In this document: one piece after another, positions 38,070 to 50,104 of the stretch | Numbering within the stretch: the first letter of the stretch is position 1 | Layout of the letters: each line of letters starts with the position of its first letter | Source: Mycobacteriales bacterium | Lineage (GTDB): Bacteria; Actinomycetota; Actinomycetes; Mycobacteriales; QHCD01 | Length of the DNA stretch: 64,000 nt | NCBI GenBank assembly: GCA_036497565.1 | Contig: DASXJE010000018.1 | Coordinates: forward strand, 71,506 to 135,505 | Direction of reading: 5' to 3' | Notes under the pieces: generated by a model | Seen by the model: the letters and a program-made list of their open reading frames with translations, nothing else | Told to the model about the DNA's origin: nothing | Database searches by the model: none | Translations under genes and position numbers: made by a program

Positions 38070-39230
38070 ATGGAGTACGTGATCATCGCCGTCGTGGTCG
38101 TCGTCATCGCCATCGCCGCGGTCGTCGGGCTGGTGGTGCCGCGCCGACGCCGCCGGGTCGACCCGGGCGAGGAGTCGTCGACCACCCTGCAGCTGCCCGC
38201 CCAGCCATCCACGACCGCGCCCGCCGACTCCGCGCCCGCCGACTCCGAGGTCGAGTCGCCGGCGGCCGAGGCGCCCGAGGCGCCGGCGGTCGAGACGCCC
38301 GAACCCACGGCAGGGCGACTGGTGCGGCTGCGGTCCCGGCTGGCCCGGTCGCAGTCGACGATGGGCAAGGGCCTGCTCGCCGTCCTCGCCCGCGACCGCC
38401 TCGACGACGACGCCTGGGAGGAGATCGAGGACACCCTGCTCGGCGCGGACGTCGGCGTCACCGCCACGACCGAGATCGTGGACCGGTTGCGGGAGCGCAC
38501 CCGGGTGCTCGGCACCCGGTCGCCGGAGGAGCTGCGACGCCTGCTCGCCGAGGAGCTGCTCACCGCCATCGGCACCGACACCGACCGCGAGCTGCACACC
38601 TTCCCGCACGCCGACAGCCCGGCCGTGGTCCTCGTGGTCGGGGTCAACGGCACCGGGAAGACGACGACCTGCGGCAAGCTCGCCCGCGTCCTGGTCGCCG
38701 ACGGCCGCAGCGTGCTGCTGGGTGCCGCCGACACCTTCCGCGCCGCCGGTGCCGACCAGCTCGCCACCTGGGGCGCGCGAGTCGGGGCGGAGACCGTCCG
38801 AGGCCCCGAGGGCGGGGACCCGGCGTCGGTGGCCTTCGACGCGGTGCGGCAGGGGAAGGAGCGCCACGTCGACACGGTGCTCATCGACACCGCCGGCCGG
38901 CTGCACACGAAGTCGGGGCTGATGGACGAGCTGGACAAGGTCAAGCGGGTCGTCGAAAAGCAGGGCCCCATCGACGAGACCCTCCTCGTCCTGGACGCGA
39001 CGACCGGGCAGAACGGCCTCATCCAGGCCCGGGTCTTCACCGAGGCCGTCGACTGCACCGGCATCGTGCTCACCAAGCTCGACGGCACCGCGAAGGGCGG
39101 TATCGTCATCGCCGTCCAGCGCGAGCTCGGGGTCCCGGTGAAGCTGATCGGACTCGGTGAGGGTCCGGACGACCTGGCGCCCTTCGATCCGCCGGCGTTC
39201 GTCGACGCGCTGCTCGGCGAGCCGGCCTGA
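38070..39230 (+). CDS. ftsY: Signal recognition particle receptor FtsY
   Basis: N-terminal TM; GVNGTGKTTT, ADTFRAAG, DTAGRL, TKLDGTAKGG, GLGEGPDDL. Confidence 0.96.
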   Translation: MEYVIIAVVVVVIAIAAVVGLVVPRRRRRVDPGEESSTTLQLPAQPSTTAPADSAPADSEVESPAAEAPEAPAVETPEPTAGRLVRLRSRLARSQSTMGKGLLAVLARDRLDDDAWEEIEDTLLGADVGVTATTEIVDRLRERTRVLGTRSPEELRRLLAEELLTAIGTDTDRELHTFPHADSPAVVLVVGVNGTGKTTTCGKLARVLVADGRSVLLGAADTFRAAGADQLATWGARVGAETVRGPEGGDPASVAFDAVRQGKERHVDTVLIDTAGRLHTKSGLMDELDKVKRVVEKQGPIDETLLVLDATTGQNGLIQARVFTEAVDCTGIVLTKLDGTAKGGIVIAVQRELGVPVKLIGLGEGPDDLAPFDPPAFVDALLGEPA

Positions 39231-39231
39231 A

Positions 39232-39269
39232 TTCACAACGACGAAACATCGCCGGTCGCATCCGGAAAC
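39232..39269 (+). promoter_or_regulatory. GlnR box (a-b-a-b) upstream of amtB-glnK-glnD
   Basis: TTCAC-n6-GAAAC-n6-GGTCG-n6-GAAAC with 11-bp periodicity, fitting gTnAc-n6-GaAAc repeats; the second a-site is degenerate. Confidence 0.75.
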
Positions 39270-39302
39270 ATCGTTTCGGCAGTCTCACGGCACGTCCCCG
39301 CA

Positions 39303-41019
<1,717 letters not shown>

Positions 41020-41020
<1 letters not shown>

Positions 41021-43307
41021 TGCCGCGGCCGAGCTCCGCGCCGGTCGAGACCGCCTGATCAAGGATCAGCGGCTCACCGGCGCGGAGCTTCGGGCCGCGC
41101 TGAGCGACCTGTATCAACAGACGTTGGCGGACCTGCTGGCCCCCCGGCCGAACCTCGCACTCGTCGCGGTCGGCAGTCTCGGTCGCGGCGAGGTCGCGCC
41201 GTACGGCGACATCGACCTCGTTCTCGTCCACGACGGGCAGTCCGACGTCGGGTCGGTGGCCGAGTCGGTCTGGTACCCGCTGTGGGACGCCGGCGTTTCC
41301 CTCGACCATTCCGTGCGCACCCTGCCGGAGGCGCTGAGCCTGGCCGAGAGCGATCTCGCGGTCGCGCTCGGCCTGCTGGTCGCCCGACCGGTCGCGGGCG
41401 ACCTCGCCGTCGGTGACGAGCTCCGACGTGAGGCCCGGACCGCGTGGCGGCGTAACGGCGTCCGGCGGGTGGCCGATCTTTCCGCCGCCGCCGAGGAACG
41501 GGTCCGCCGGTTCGGAGAGCTCGCCTTCCTCGTCGAACCGGATCTGAAGCAGTGCCTGGGCGGCCTGCGCGACGTCCATGCACTGCACGGTCTCGCGGTC
41601 GCGCAGCTGGCCGACCCGATCGGTCCGTCCGTCGCCGCGGCCTACCGCCTCCTGCTCGACGTCCGGGGTGAGCTGCACCTGGGCGCCGGCCGGGCGCTGG
41701 ACCGGCTGGTGCACCACCAGCAGGCCGAGATCGCGGCGGCGCTGGACTTCCCGGATGCCGACGCGCTGCTGCGGGCCGTCTCCGACGCCGGCCGCACCAT
41801 CACCTTCACCTGGGACATGGCGGTACGCCGGATCGACGCCGAGGAGTCGAGCCGGCGGCCGCGTTGGCGCCGGCGTGCGGAGCCGACCCGTCGCCCGCTC
41901 GCCGACGGTGTCGTCGAGCAGGGCAAGGAGGTCGTGCTCGCCCGGGACGCCGATCCCGGGGGAGATCCGACGCTGGCGCTGCGGGTGGCGGCCGCGGCGG
42001 CCGGCTCCGGGCTCCCCGTCTCGCCGTTCACCCTCCGCCGGCTGGTCGAGAGCCGGCCGGTGCTTCCGGTCCCGTGGCCGCCCGCCGCCCGCGACGCCCT
42101 GGTGGGTCTGCTGGCCGCCGGGCACGGCGCGATCGCCCCGCTCGAGGCACTGGATCGCAGCGGGCTGCTCGTGAGCATGCTGCCCGAGTGGGAGCACGTC
42201 CGGTGCCGTCCGCAGCGCGACCCGGTGCACCGCTTCACCGTCGACCGCCACCTCATGGAGACCGCGGCGAACGCCGCTGAGCGGGTCCGTGACGTGAGCC
42301 GACCCGATCTGCTGCTCATCGCCGCGTTGCTGCACGACGTGGGCAAGGGGCTCGGCGACGACCACAGTCGCGAGGGCGCATTGGTCGCCGAGCGGATCGC
42401 GCGGCGGATCGGACTGTCTGCGGCCGACGCGGCCCTCGTCGCGGGCGCCGTGCGTCACCACCTCCTGCTGCCGGACACGGCGACCCGGCGCGATCTGGAC
42501 GACCCCGCGACCGTGGCCACCGTTGCGAAGGCGGTCGACGGGTCGACGGAGTTGTTGGAGATCTTGGCCGCCCTGGCAGAAGCGGACGGACTGGCGACCG
42601 GTCCGGCGGCGTGGAGCGACTGGAAGGCGTCGCTGGTCGGCGATCTGGCCGCCCGGACCCGCGGCGCACTGCACGGCGCCCCGCCCGAGGTGACGCCGCG
42701 GCTGACTCCGGATCAGCAGGCGCTGGCCCGCGAGGGGGCGATCGCGGTCATGGTCGACGGCGGCGAGGTGACGGTGGCCGCGCCCGACTCCGCCGGTCTG
42801 CTCAGCCGGGCGGCCGGCGTACTGGCGCTGCACCACCTCGACGTCCGGGCGGCGAGCATCACGACCGACCTGTCCTTCGCCGTCGACGTCTTCACGGTGT
42901 CCCCGAGGTTCGGCCGGCTCCCGGATCCCGAGTTGTTGCGGGCCGACCTCCGGCAGGCGCTCGCCGGGCGGTTGCCGCTCGCGGACCGACTGGCGGTGCT
43001 CGAGCAGCGGTACCGCTCGGCGCAGACCCGGTTTCCCCCGCCGCGCGTGCTGTGGTTCGACGGCGCCGCCACCGATGCGACGGTCGTCGAGTTGCGCGCC
43101 GGGAACTCGCTGGGGCTGTTGCACCGTGTCACCGTGGCGCTGGAGTCCTGCGGTCTCGACGTCCGGTCGGCGCGGATCAGCACGCAGGGGTCCGCGGTGG
43201 TCGACGCGTTCTACGTCGTGGACGCCGCCGGACGGCTGGTCACGGATCCGGACCGACGGGCCCGGGTCGAGGCGGCGCTGGTGTCCGCCGCGGGTGAGGG
43301 CGACTGA
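41020..43307 (+). CDS. glnD: PII uridylyl/adenylyl-transferase GlnD; 5' start ambiguous
   Basis: AVGSLGRGEVAPYGDIDL, DLKQCLGGLRD, HRFTVDRH, LLHDVGKG (HD), C-terminal ACT domains. First in-frame canonical start is TTG 41124, but the frame is open from about 40962. Confidence 0.92.
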
Positions 43308-43336
43308 GCGTTCGCCGGTCCGTCTACCCTGGGCAG

Positions 43337-44887
43337 GTGTTCGACACCCTCTCCGAGCGACTCGAGAAGACGTTCACCGCGCTGCGCGGCAAAGGACGGC
43401 TCTCTGAGTCCGACATCGACGCCACCTGCCGGGAGATCCGCATCGCCCTGCTCGAGGCCGATGTCGCGTTGCCCGCCGTTCGGACGTTCATCAACGAGAT
43501 CAAGGAGCGGGCCAGCGGCGCCGAGGTCTCCCAGGCGCTGAACCCCGCCCAGCAGGTCATCAAGATCGTCAACGAGGAGCTCGTCGGGATCCTGGGCGGT
43601 GAGACCCGGCGCCTGGTCTTCGCCAAGACACCGCCGACGGTGATCCTGCTCGCCGGTCTGCAGGGCTCGGGTAAGACGACCCTGGCCGGCAAGCTCGGTC
43701 GCTGGCTGAAGTCGCAGGGGCATACGCCGCTGCTGGTCGCCGCCGACCTGCAGCGACCCAACGCCGTCACGCAGCTGCAGGTCGTCGGCGGCCAGGCCGG
43801 AGTCGAGGTCTTCGCGCCGCATCCCGGCGCCACCGGGGAGGGCCAGCCGACCGCCGGCGACCCGGTCGAGGTCGCACGCCAGGGCGTCGAGGAAGCCCGG
43901 CACCGGATGTACGACACCGTCGTGGTCGACACGGCCGGCCGACTCGGCGTCGACGAGGAGATGATGAGCCAGGCGGCGGCGATCCGGGACGCCGTCGAGC
44001 CCGACGAGACGCTGTTCGTGGTCGACGCCATGATCGGGCAGGACGCGGTCACGACCGCGCAGGCGTTCCGCGACGGGGTCGGCTTCTCCGGGGTCGTGCT
44101 GACCAAGCTCGACGGCGACGCCCGCGGCGGCGCGGCGCTCTCGGTGCGTTACGTCACCGGCCAGCCCATCCTCTTCGCCTCGACCGGCGAGAAGCTCACC
44201 GATTTCGACGTCTTCCACCCCGAGCGGATGGCCTCCCGGATCCTCGGCATGGGCGACGTGCTCACCCTGATCGAGCAGGCCGAGGCCACGTTCGACGCCG
44301 GCGAGGCCGAGCGGATGGCCGGCAAGCTGACCTCTGGCGGCGACTTCACGCTCGAGGACTTCCTCGAGCAGATGCTGGCGATCCGCCGGATGGGTCCGAT
44401 CTCCAACCTGCTCGGCATGCTGCCCGGCATGGGACAGATGAAGGACCAGCTCGAGTCGGTCGACGACCGCGATCTCGACCGCACCGCCGCCATCATCCGC
44501 TCGATGACCCCGGGCGAACGCGCCGACCCGAAGATGATCAACGGGTCCCGGCGGTCCCGGATCGCCCGCGGGTCAGGGGTTTCGGTCTTCGAGGTCAACC
44601 AACTCGTCGACCGGTTCTTCGAGGCCCGCAAGATGATGGCGCAGATGGCCGGCGGGATGGGGCTCCCGGGGACCGGTCGTCGCTCGAAGAAGGCCGGCAG
44701 CAAGAAGGGGAAGAAGGGCCGCAAGGGCAAGGGCGGTCGCGGCGGCGGCCCGCAGCAGCGGATGCCGGGCGGCCTTCCCCCCGGTTTCCCCGGCGGAGCG
44801 CCGAGCGCAGGCCCGGGTTCGGTGCCGCAGTTGCCCCCGGGAACGTCCATGCCCGACCTGAGCAAGCTGAAGTTCCCGAAGCAGTGA
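43337..44887 (+). CDS. ffh: Signal recognition particle protein
   Basis: MFDTLSERL, GLQGSGKTT, DTAGR, TKLDGDARGG, RMASRILGMGD, M domain. Confidence 0.97.
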   Translation: MFDTLSERLEKTFTALRGKGRLSESDIDATCREIRIALLEADVALPAVRTFINEIKERASGAEVSQALNPAQQVIKIVNEELVGILGGETRRLVFAKTPPTVILLAGLQGSGKTTLAGKLGRWLKSQGHTPLLVAADLQRPNAVTQLQVVGGQAGVEVFAPHPGATGEGQPTAGDPVEVARQGVEEARHRMYDTVVVDTAGRLGVDEEMMSQAAAIRDAVEPDETLFVVDAMIGQDAVTTAQAFRDGVGFSGVVLTKLDGDARGGAALSVRYVTGQPILFASTGEKLTDFDVFHPERMASRILGMGDVLTLIEQAEATFDAGEAERMAGKLTSGGDFTLEDFLEQMLAIRRMGPISNLLGMLPGMGQMKDQLESVDDRDLDRTAAIIRSMTPGERADPKMINGSRRSRIARGSGVSVFEVNQLVDRFFEARKMMAQMAGGMGLPGTGRRSKKAGSKKGKKGRKGKGGRGGGPQQRMPGGLPPGFPGGAPSAGPGSVPQLPPGTSMPDLSKLKFPKQ

Positions 44888-45957
44888 CGCCGCCGCTCCG
44901 GCTGACCGGGACGGTTCTGCCCGGCGGTGAGCGCCGAACGCTGTGGGTGCGCGACGGGCGGATCACCGCTGACCCCGTGCCGGACGCCCAGCCGGTCAGC
45001 GACTCCGGCTGGATCGTGCCCGGTCTGGTCGATGCGCACTGTCACGTCGGCCTCGGGCCGGACGGCCCGATCGACGACCACGACGGCCAGGTGGCGCAGG
45101 CGGTGACCGACCGGGACGTCGGTGCGCTGCTGCTGCGCGACTGCGGATCACCGGTCGACACCCGGTGGCTGCAGGAGCGCGAGGACACCCCCCGGCTGAT
45201 CCGGGCCGGCCGTCACCTGGCCCGTCCCCGGCGCTACCTGCGCGGCCTGGCGGTGGAGGTCGAGCCGGCCGATCTACCGGCCGAGGTGGACCAGCAGGTC
45301 AAGGACGGCGACGGATGGGTCAAGCTGGTCGGCGACTGGATCGACCGCGACTCCGGCGATCTCGCGCCGTTGTGGACCGCAGACACGCTCGTCGAAGCGG
45401 TGCGGCGGGCACACGCGGGCGGTGCCCGGGTCGCCGTACACACCTTCGGCGAGGAGGCGTTGCCGGACCTGATCGCCGCCGGCGTCGACTCGATCGAGCA
45501 CGGCTCGGGACTCACCGACGACCTGATCCCGGCGATGGCCGAGCGTGGCGCGGCCCTCGTGCCCACGCTGATCAACGTGGCCAATTTCCCGGCCATCGCC
45601 GATTCGGCATCGAAATTCCCCAGCTACGCCGCCCGGATGCGACGCCTGCACCGCTCGGCCCGCGACCGGGTCCGCTCCGCGTACGACGCCGGGATCCCGA
45701 TCTACGCCGGCAGCGACGCCGGCGGACTGCCGCACGGATTGATCGTCGACGAGATCCTCGCCCTGCACGAGGCCGGACTGTCGACGGTGGACGCGTTGGC
45801 GGCCGCATCCTGGCGGGCGCGGTCTTGGCTCGGACTCGACGGCATCGAGGAAGGCGCACCCGCCGACCTGGTGGTCTACGACGCGGACCCGCGCGCCGAC
45901 CTGCAGGTGCTGCGTGCCCCGAGCCGCATCGTGCTGCGCGGCCGCGTGGTGCGCTGA
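44884..45957 (+). CDS. Amidohydrolase-family metallo-hydrolase
   Basis: PGLVDAHCH, VAVH, SIEHG, AGSDAG, PADLV. Confidence 0.88.
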   Translation: MTPPLRLTGTVLPGGERRTLWVRDGRITADPVPDAQPVSDSGWIVPGLVDAHCHVGLGPDGPIDDHDGQVAQAVTDRDVGALLLRDCGSPVDTRWLQEREDTPRLIRAGRHLARPRRYLRGLAVEVEPADLPAEVDQQVKDGDGWVKLVGDWIDRDSGDLAPLWTADTLVEAVRRAHAGGARVAVHTFGEEALPDLIAAGVDSIEHGSGLTDDLIPAMAERGAALVPTLINVANFPAIADSASKFPSYAARMRRLHRSARDRVRSAYDAGIPIYAGSDAGGLPHGLIVDEILALHEAGLSTVDALAAASWRARSWLGLDGIEEGAPADLVVYDADPRADLQVLRAPSRIVLRGRVVR

Positions 45958-45972
45958 TCTAACCTGCCTGCC

Positions 45973-47373
45973 ATGGCATCCGTGCTCACTCCACAGTCCG
46001 AGAACTTCCCCCGCTGGTATCAGGACGTCGTCGCGAAGGCCGAACTCGCCGAGAACGGCCCGGTGCGCGGCACGCAGATGATCCGCCCTTGGGGATACGC
46101 GCTGTGGGAGCGCATGCAGGCTGACATGGACGCCCGCATCAAGGCCACCGGTGCCGCCAACGTGTCCTTCCCGCTCTTCATCCCCGAGTCCTACCTGCAC
46201 CGCGAGGCCGAGCACGTCGAGGGCTTCAGCCCCGAGGTGGCCGTCGTCACCCACGCCGGCGGCAAGGAACTCGAGGAGCCGCTGGTGGTCCGTCCGACCA
46301 GCGAGACGCTCTTCGGCGACTACATGGCCAAGTGGGTGCAGAGCTACCGCGACCTGCCGATGCTGCTCAACCAGTGGTGCAACGTCGTCCGCTGGGAGAT
46401 GCGCACCCGGCTGTTCCTGCGGTCCAGCGAGTTTCTCTGGCAGGAGGGCCACACCGCCCACGCCACCAAGGAGGAAGCCGGCACCTACGCCCGGCGGATC
46501 CTCTACGACGTCTACCGGGCGTTCATGGTCGACGTCCTCGCGATGCCCATCGTCGCGGGGCTGAAGACCAAGGCGGAGCGCTTCCCCGGGGCCATCAACA
46601 CGATGACCTGCGAGGCGATGATGGCCGACGGCAAGGCGCTGCAGATGGGCACCAGCCACGAATTCGGCCAGACCTTCGCCCGCGCGTTCGGTATCGAGTT
46701 CCTCGGTGCCGACAGCAGACGGGAGTTCGCCTGGACCACCTCGTGGGGTTCGACGACCCGCATGGTGGGCGGCCTGATCATGTGCCACGGCGACGACGGC
46801 GGGCTGCGGGTGCCGCCGCGGCTGGCCCACATCCAGGCTGTCGTGCTCGCCGTGAAGGCCGACGTCGCCGACCGGGCGCACGAGCTCGCCGCGACCCTGC
46901 GAGAGAGCGGCGTACGGGTCTCCGTCGACGACCGGACTGACGTGCCGTTCGGCCGCCGGGCGGTCGACTGGGAGCTCAAGGGCGTGCCGGTCCGGATCGA
47001 GATCGGCCCGCGCGACCTCGCCGCCGGGACCGCCACGCTGGTACGCCGGGTGCCCGGGACCAAGGAGCCGGTGCCGCTCGACCGGCTCGAGGGCGCGGTC
47101 GCCGAGGCGCTCGTCGCCGACCAGGAGGCGCTGCTCGACCAGGCGCGCGAGCGTCAGGCCGCCCGTACGGCCGACGTCACAACCATCGACGCCGCCGTCG
47201 AGGCGGCAGGATCGGGATGGGCCCGGATGCCCTGGGCGGACCTCGGCGAGGACGGCGAGCGGAAGCTGGCCGGGGAGGGCGTGACGGTGCGCTGCCTGAT
47301 CCGTCCGGACGGGACGGTTCCGGACAATGACGGCGAGCCGGACCTGCTCGCCTACGTCGCCCGGGCCTACTGA
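45973..47373 (+). CDS. proS: Proline--tRNA ligase, short archaeal/eukaryote-like type
   Basis: WYQDVV, VRPTSE, QWCNVVRWE, FLRSSEFLWQEGHT, LQMGTSH, SWGSTTR, WELKGVPVRIEIG; 466 aa with no INS editing domain. Confidence 0.93.
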   Translation: MASVLTPQSENFPRWYQDVVAKAELAENGPVRGTQMIRPWGYALWERMQADMDARIKATGAANVSFPLFIPESYLHREAEHVEGFSPEVAVVTHAGGKELEEPLVVRPTSETLFGDYMAKWVQSYRDLPMLLNQWCNVVRWEMRTRLFLRSSEFLWQEGHTAHATKEEAGTYARRILYDVYRAFMVDVLAMPIVAGLKTKAERFPGAINTMTCEAMMADGKALQMGTSHEFGQTFARAFGIEFLGADSRREFAWTTSWGSTTRMVGGLIMCHGDDGGLRVPPRLAHIQAVVLAVKADVADRAHELAATLRESGVRVSVDDRTDVPFGRRAVDWELKGVPVRIEIGPRDLAAGTATLVRRVPGTKEPVPLDRLEGAVAEALVADQEALLDQARERQAARTADVTTIDAAVEAAGSGWARMPWADLGEDGERKLAGEGVTVRCLIRPDGTVPDNDGEPDLLAYVARAY

Positions 47374-47537
47374 GTTCGGTCTCCGGCGCACCGTCTGGCA
47401 GAATGGCCGGTTGAGTACCCGGCGCGCGCGCGGCCCTCTATCCGGTGCGGGCGCTGGGTCCGTCAGGACGGGCGTCACCGCAACCCCACGCGGTCGCCGC
47501 ACGGCCACCCGAGTAGATGAGTGGAGCACCCACCCCT

Positions 47538-48098
47538 GTGGCAACCAAGATCAAGCTGATGCGCCTGGGCAAGATGCGCGCGCCGTACTACCGGATCGTC
47601 GTCGCCGACGCCCGCACCAAGCGGGACGGTCGGTCCATCGAGACGATCGGCAAGTACCACCCGAAGGACGACCCCTCGTTCATCGAGGTCGACTCCGACC
47701 GGGCGCTGTACTGGCTCGGCGTCGGTGCCCAGCCCACCGAGGCGGTCGCGGCGATCCTGAAGGTGACCGGCGACTGGCAGAAGTTCAAGGGCCTGCCGGC
47801 GCCGGAGCCGATGCGCACCGCGGCTCCCAAGGCGGACAAGAAGGCGGTGTTCGAGGCGGCGGCGAAGGAGTCGCTCGGCGAGGCACCGGACGCGACCACC
47901 CCGCGCAAGAAGCGCGCCGGCAAGGCGGACGATTCCGCGCCGGAGCCCGAGGCGGCGGCGGACAAGCCTGCGGCCGAGAAGGCCCCAGAAGCGCCCACTG
48001 CAGAAACGTCCACTGCAGAAACGTCCACTGCGGAAACGCCCGCTGCGGAGGCGCCCGCGGCGCAGACTCCGGCCGAGTCCGAGGCACGGAGCGAGTAG
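47538..48098 (+). CDS. rpsP: 30S ribosomal protein S16 with long low-complexity tail
   Basis: [24 protein letters not shown]...GKYHP...GAQPTE. Confidence 0.96.
   Translation: MATKIKLMRLGKMRAPYYRIVVADARTKRDGRSIETIGKYHPKDDPSFIEVDSDRALYWLGVGAQPTEAVAAILKVTGDWQKFKGLPAPEPMRTAAPKADKKAVFEAAAKESLGEAPDATTPRKKRAGKADDSAPEPEAAADKPAAEKAPEAPTAETSTAETSTAETPAAEAPAAQTPAESEARSE
47995..48069 (+). repeat. In-frame 15-bp tandem repeat in the rpsP tail
   Basis: CCACTGCAGAAACGT x2 exact (47995-48024), then three progressively degenerate copies; encodes (T/A)AET(S/P)-like pentapeptides. Confidence 0.8.
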
Positions 48099-48335
48099 GT
48101 GCTGGAAGCTGCCGTCGAGCATCTGGTACGAGGCATCGTCGACCATCCCGACGACGTCCGGGTCGACCTCGTGCACGGCCGGCGTGGCCGCACGATCGAG
48201 GTCCGGGTCAATCCTGAGGACCTTGGCAAGGTGATCGGCCGGGGCGGGCGGACCGCACGGGCGCTGCGCCAGGTCGTCACCGGTGTCGGCGGCCGTGGTG
48301 TCCGGGTCGACCTCGTCGACACCGACGAGGTCTGA
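48099..48335 (+). CDS. khpA: KH-domain RNA-binding protein
   Basis: LVRGIVDHPDDV, EDLGKVIGRGGRTARALR. Confidence 0.93.
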   Translation: MLEAAVEHLVRGIVDHPDDVRVDLVHGRRGRTIEVRVNPEDLGKVIGRGGRTARALRQVVTGVGGRGVRVDLVDTDEV

Positions 48336-48342
48336 TCCGGGC

Positions 48343-48852
48343 GTGCGGCTCGTCGTCGGCCGGGTCGGGCGGGCGCACGGCGTCACCGGCGAGGTAGCGG
48401 TCACGGTCCGGACCGACGACCCGGACACCCGGTTCGCTCCCGGGTCCGTGCTCGTGACCGAGCCGGAGGCCCGCGGGCCGCTGCGGGTCGACGGCATCCG
48501 CTGGCATTCCGGCCGCCTGCTGGTCACCTTCGCCGACGTCGCCGACCGCACCGCGGCCGAGGCGCTGCGCGGCACCGAGCTGGTCGTCGACACCGACGAC
48601 CTGCCGGCGCTCGAGGACCCCGAGGAGTTCTACGACCACCAGCTGGTCGGTCTCACCGCCGTCCGCACCGACGGCCGTGAGCTGGGCCAGGTCAGCGACG
48701 TGATCCACGGGCCGGCGGGGGTGCTGCTGGCCGTCCGCGGTGACTCCGGCGCCGAGTCACTGATCCCGTTCGTCCGGGCCATCGTGCCCGCGGTCGACCT
48801 CGCCGCCGCGCGGCTGACCGTCGACCCGCCCGAGGGGTTGCTCGACCTATGA
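48343..48852 (+). CDS. rimM: Ribosome maturation factor RimM
   Basis: VGRVGRAHGVTGEV, EFYDHQLVG, LIPFV, DPPEGLL. Confidence 0.94.
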   Translation: MRLVVGRVGRAHGVTGEVAVTVRTDDPDTRFAPGSVLVTEPEARGPLRVDGIRWHSGRLLVTFADVADRTAAEALRGTELVVDTDDLPALEDPEEFYDHQLVGLTAVRTDGRELGQVSDVIHGPAGVLLAVRGDSGAESLIPFVRAIVPAVDLAAARLTVDPPEGLLDL

Positions 48853-49619
48853 CGCTGCGGATCGACGTCGTGACGATCTTCCCCGGCTACTTCGCGCCGC
48901 TGGAGCAGTCACTGCTCGGCAAGGCGCGCGAACGGGGCCTGTTCACCGTGGCCGTCCACGACCTGCGGGACTGGGCCACCGGTCCGCACCGCAGCGTCGA
49001 CGATGCGCCGTACGGCGGCGGCCCGGGCATGCTCATGCGGCCCGAGCCATGGGCCTGGGCGTTCCGGGCCGTCTCCGCCACTCCGGCCCGGCTGGTCGTC
49101 CCGACCCCCTCCGGTGTCCCGTTCAGCCAACCGCTCGCGGCGGAGCTGGCCGAGGAGAGCCACCTGGTGTTTGCCTGCGGCCGTTACGAGGGGATCGACC
49201 AGCGGGTGATCGATGCCGCCCGCGAGCGGATGGTGGTCGACGAGGTGTCGATCGGCGACTACGTGCTGGCCGGGGGCGAGGCGGCCACGCTGGTGATGAT
49301 CGAGGCCGTCACCCGGCTGCTGCCCGGTGTGGTGGGCAACGCCGCGAGCGTGACGTCCGACTCGTTCGCCGACGGCCTGCTCGAGGGACCCGCCTACACC
49401 AGACCCGAGGAGTGGGCCGGTCACCGGGTGCCGGAGGTGCTGCTGTCCGGCGACCACGCGGCGATCGCCCGCTGGCGGCGCGACGAGGGCCTGCGCCGGA
49501 CCGCCGTCCGCCGGCCGGATCTGCTGGCCCAGCTGCCGGCCGACGTCCTCGACGAGCGGGACCGTGCGGTGCTGGACGAGGCCGGGTTTCACGTTGCTCC
49601 GCCGGATGTGGCACCCTAA
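48849..49619 (+). CDS. trmD: tRNA (guanine-37-N1)-methyltransferase
   Basis: [43 protein letters not shown]. Confidence 0.96.
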   Translation: MTLRIDVVTIFPGYFAPLEQSLLGKARERGLFTVAVHDLRDWATGPHRSVDDAPYGGGPGMLMRPEPWAWAFRAVSATPARLVVPTPSGVPFSQPLAAELAEESHLVFACGRYEGIDQRVIDAARERMVVDEVSIGDYVLAGGEAATLVMIEAVTRLLPGVVGNAASVTSDSFADGLLEGPAYTRPEEWAGHRVPEVLLSGDHAAIARWRRDEGLRRTAVRRPDLLAQLPADVLDERDRAVLDEAGFHVAPPDVAP

Positions 49620-49734
49620 GAGGGTTGCCGTGGGCCGATCCGGCCCCGCCACGTCCCTATCGAGACACCGCAGCGTGCCCACCCGCCGGCCAGCGTGTGA
49701 GCGTGCGCCTACGTATGAGGAAGCGACGACCGCG

Positions 49735-50091
49735 ATGAACACCCTGGATGCCCTAGACGCTGAGTCCCTGCGCGCCGACATCCCGGATTTCCGGCCCGGC
49801 GACACGTTGAAGGTCCATGTGCGGGTCGTGGAGGGCACCCGATCCCGGATCCAGGTGTTTCAGGGCGCCGTGATCCGCCGCCAGGGCAGCGGCGTGCGGG
49901 AGACCTTCACCGTCCGCAAGGTGAGCTTCGGGGTCGGTGTCGAGCGCACCTTCCCGGTGCACACCCCGATCATCGACAAGATCGAGGTCGTCACCCGAGG
50001 CGACGTCCGCCGGGCGAAGCTCTACTACCTGCGTGATCTGCGCGGCAAGGCGGCGAAGATCAAGGAACGCCGCGAGAACGTCGCTCGCTGA
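49735..50091 (+). CDS. rplS: 50S ribosomal protein L19
   Basis: [16 protein letters not shown]...[19 protein letters not shown]...RRAKLYYLR. Confidence 0.97.
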   Translation: MNTLDALDAESLRADIPDFRPGDTLKVHVRVVEGTRSRIQVFQGAVIRRQGSGVRETFTVRKVSFGVGVERTFPVHTPIIDKIEVVTRGDVRRAKLYYLRDLRGKAAKIKERRENVAR

Positions 50092-50104
50092 CACCGACCA
50101 CCCC

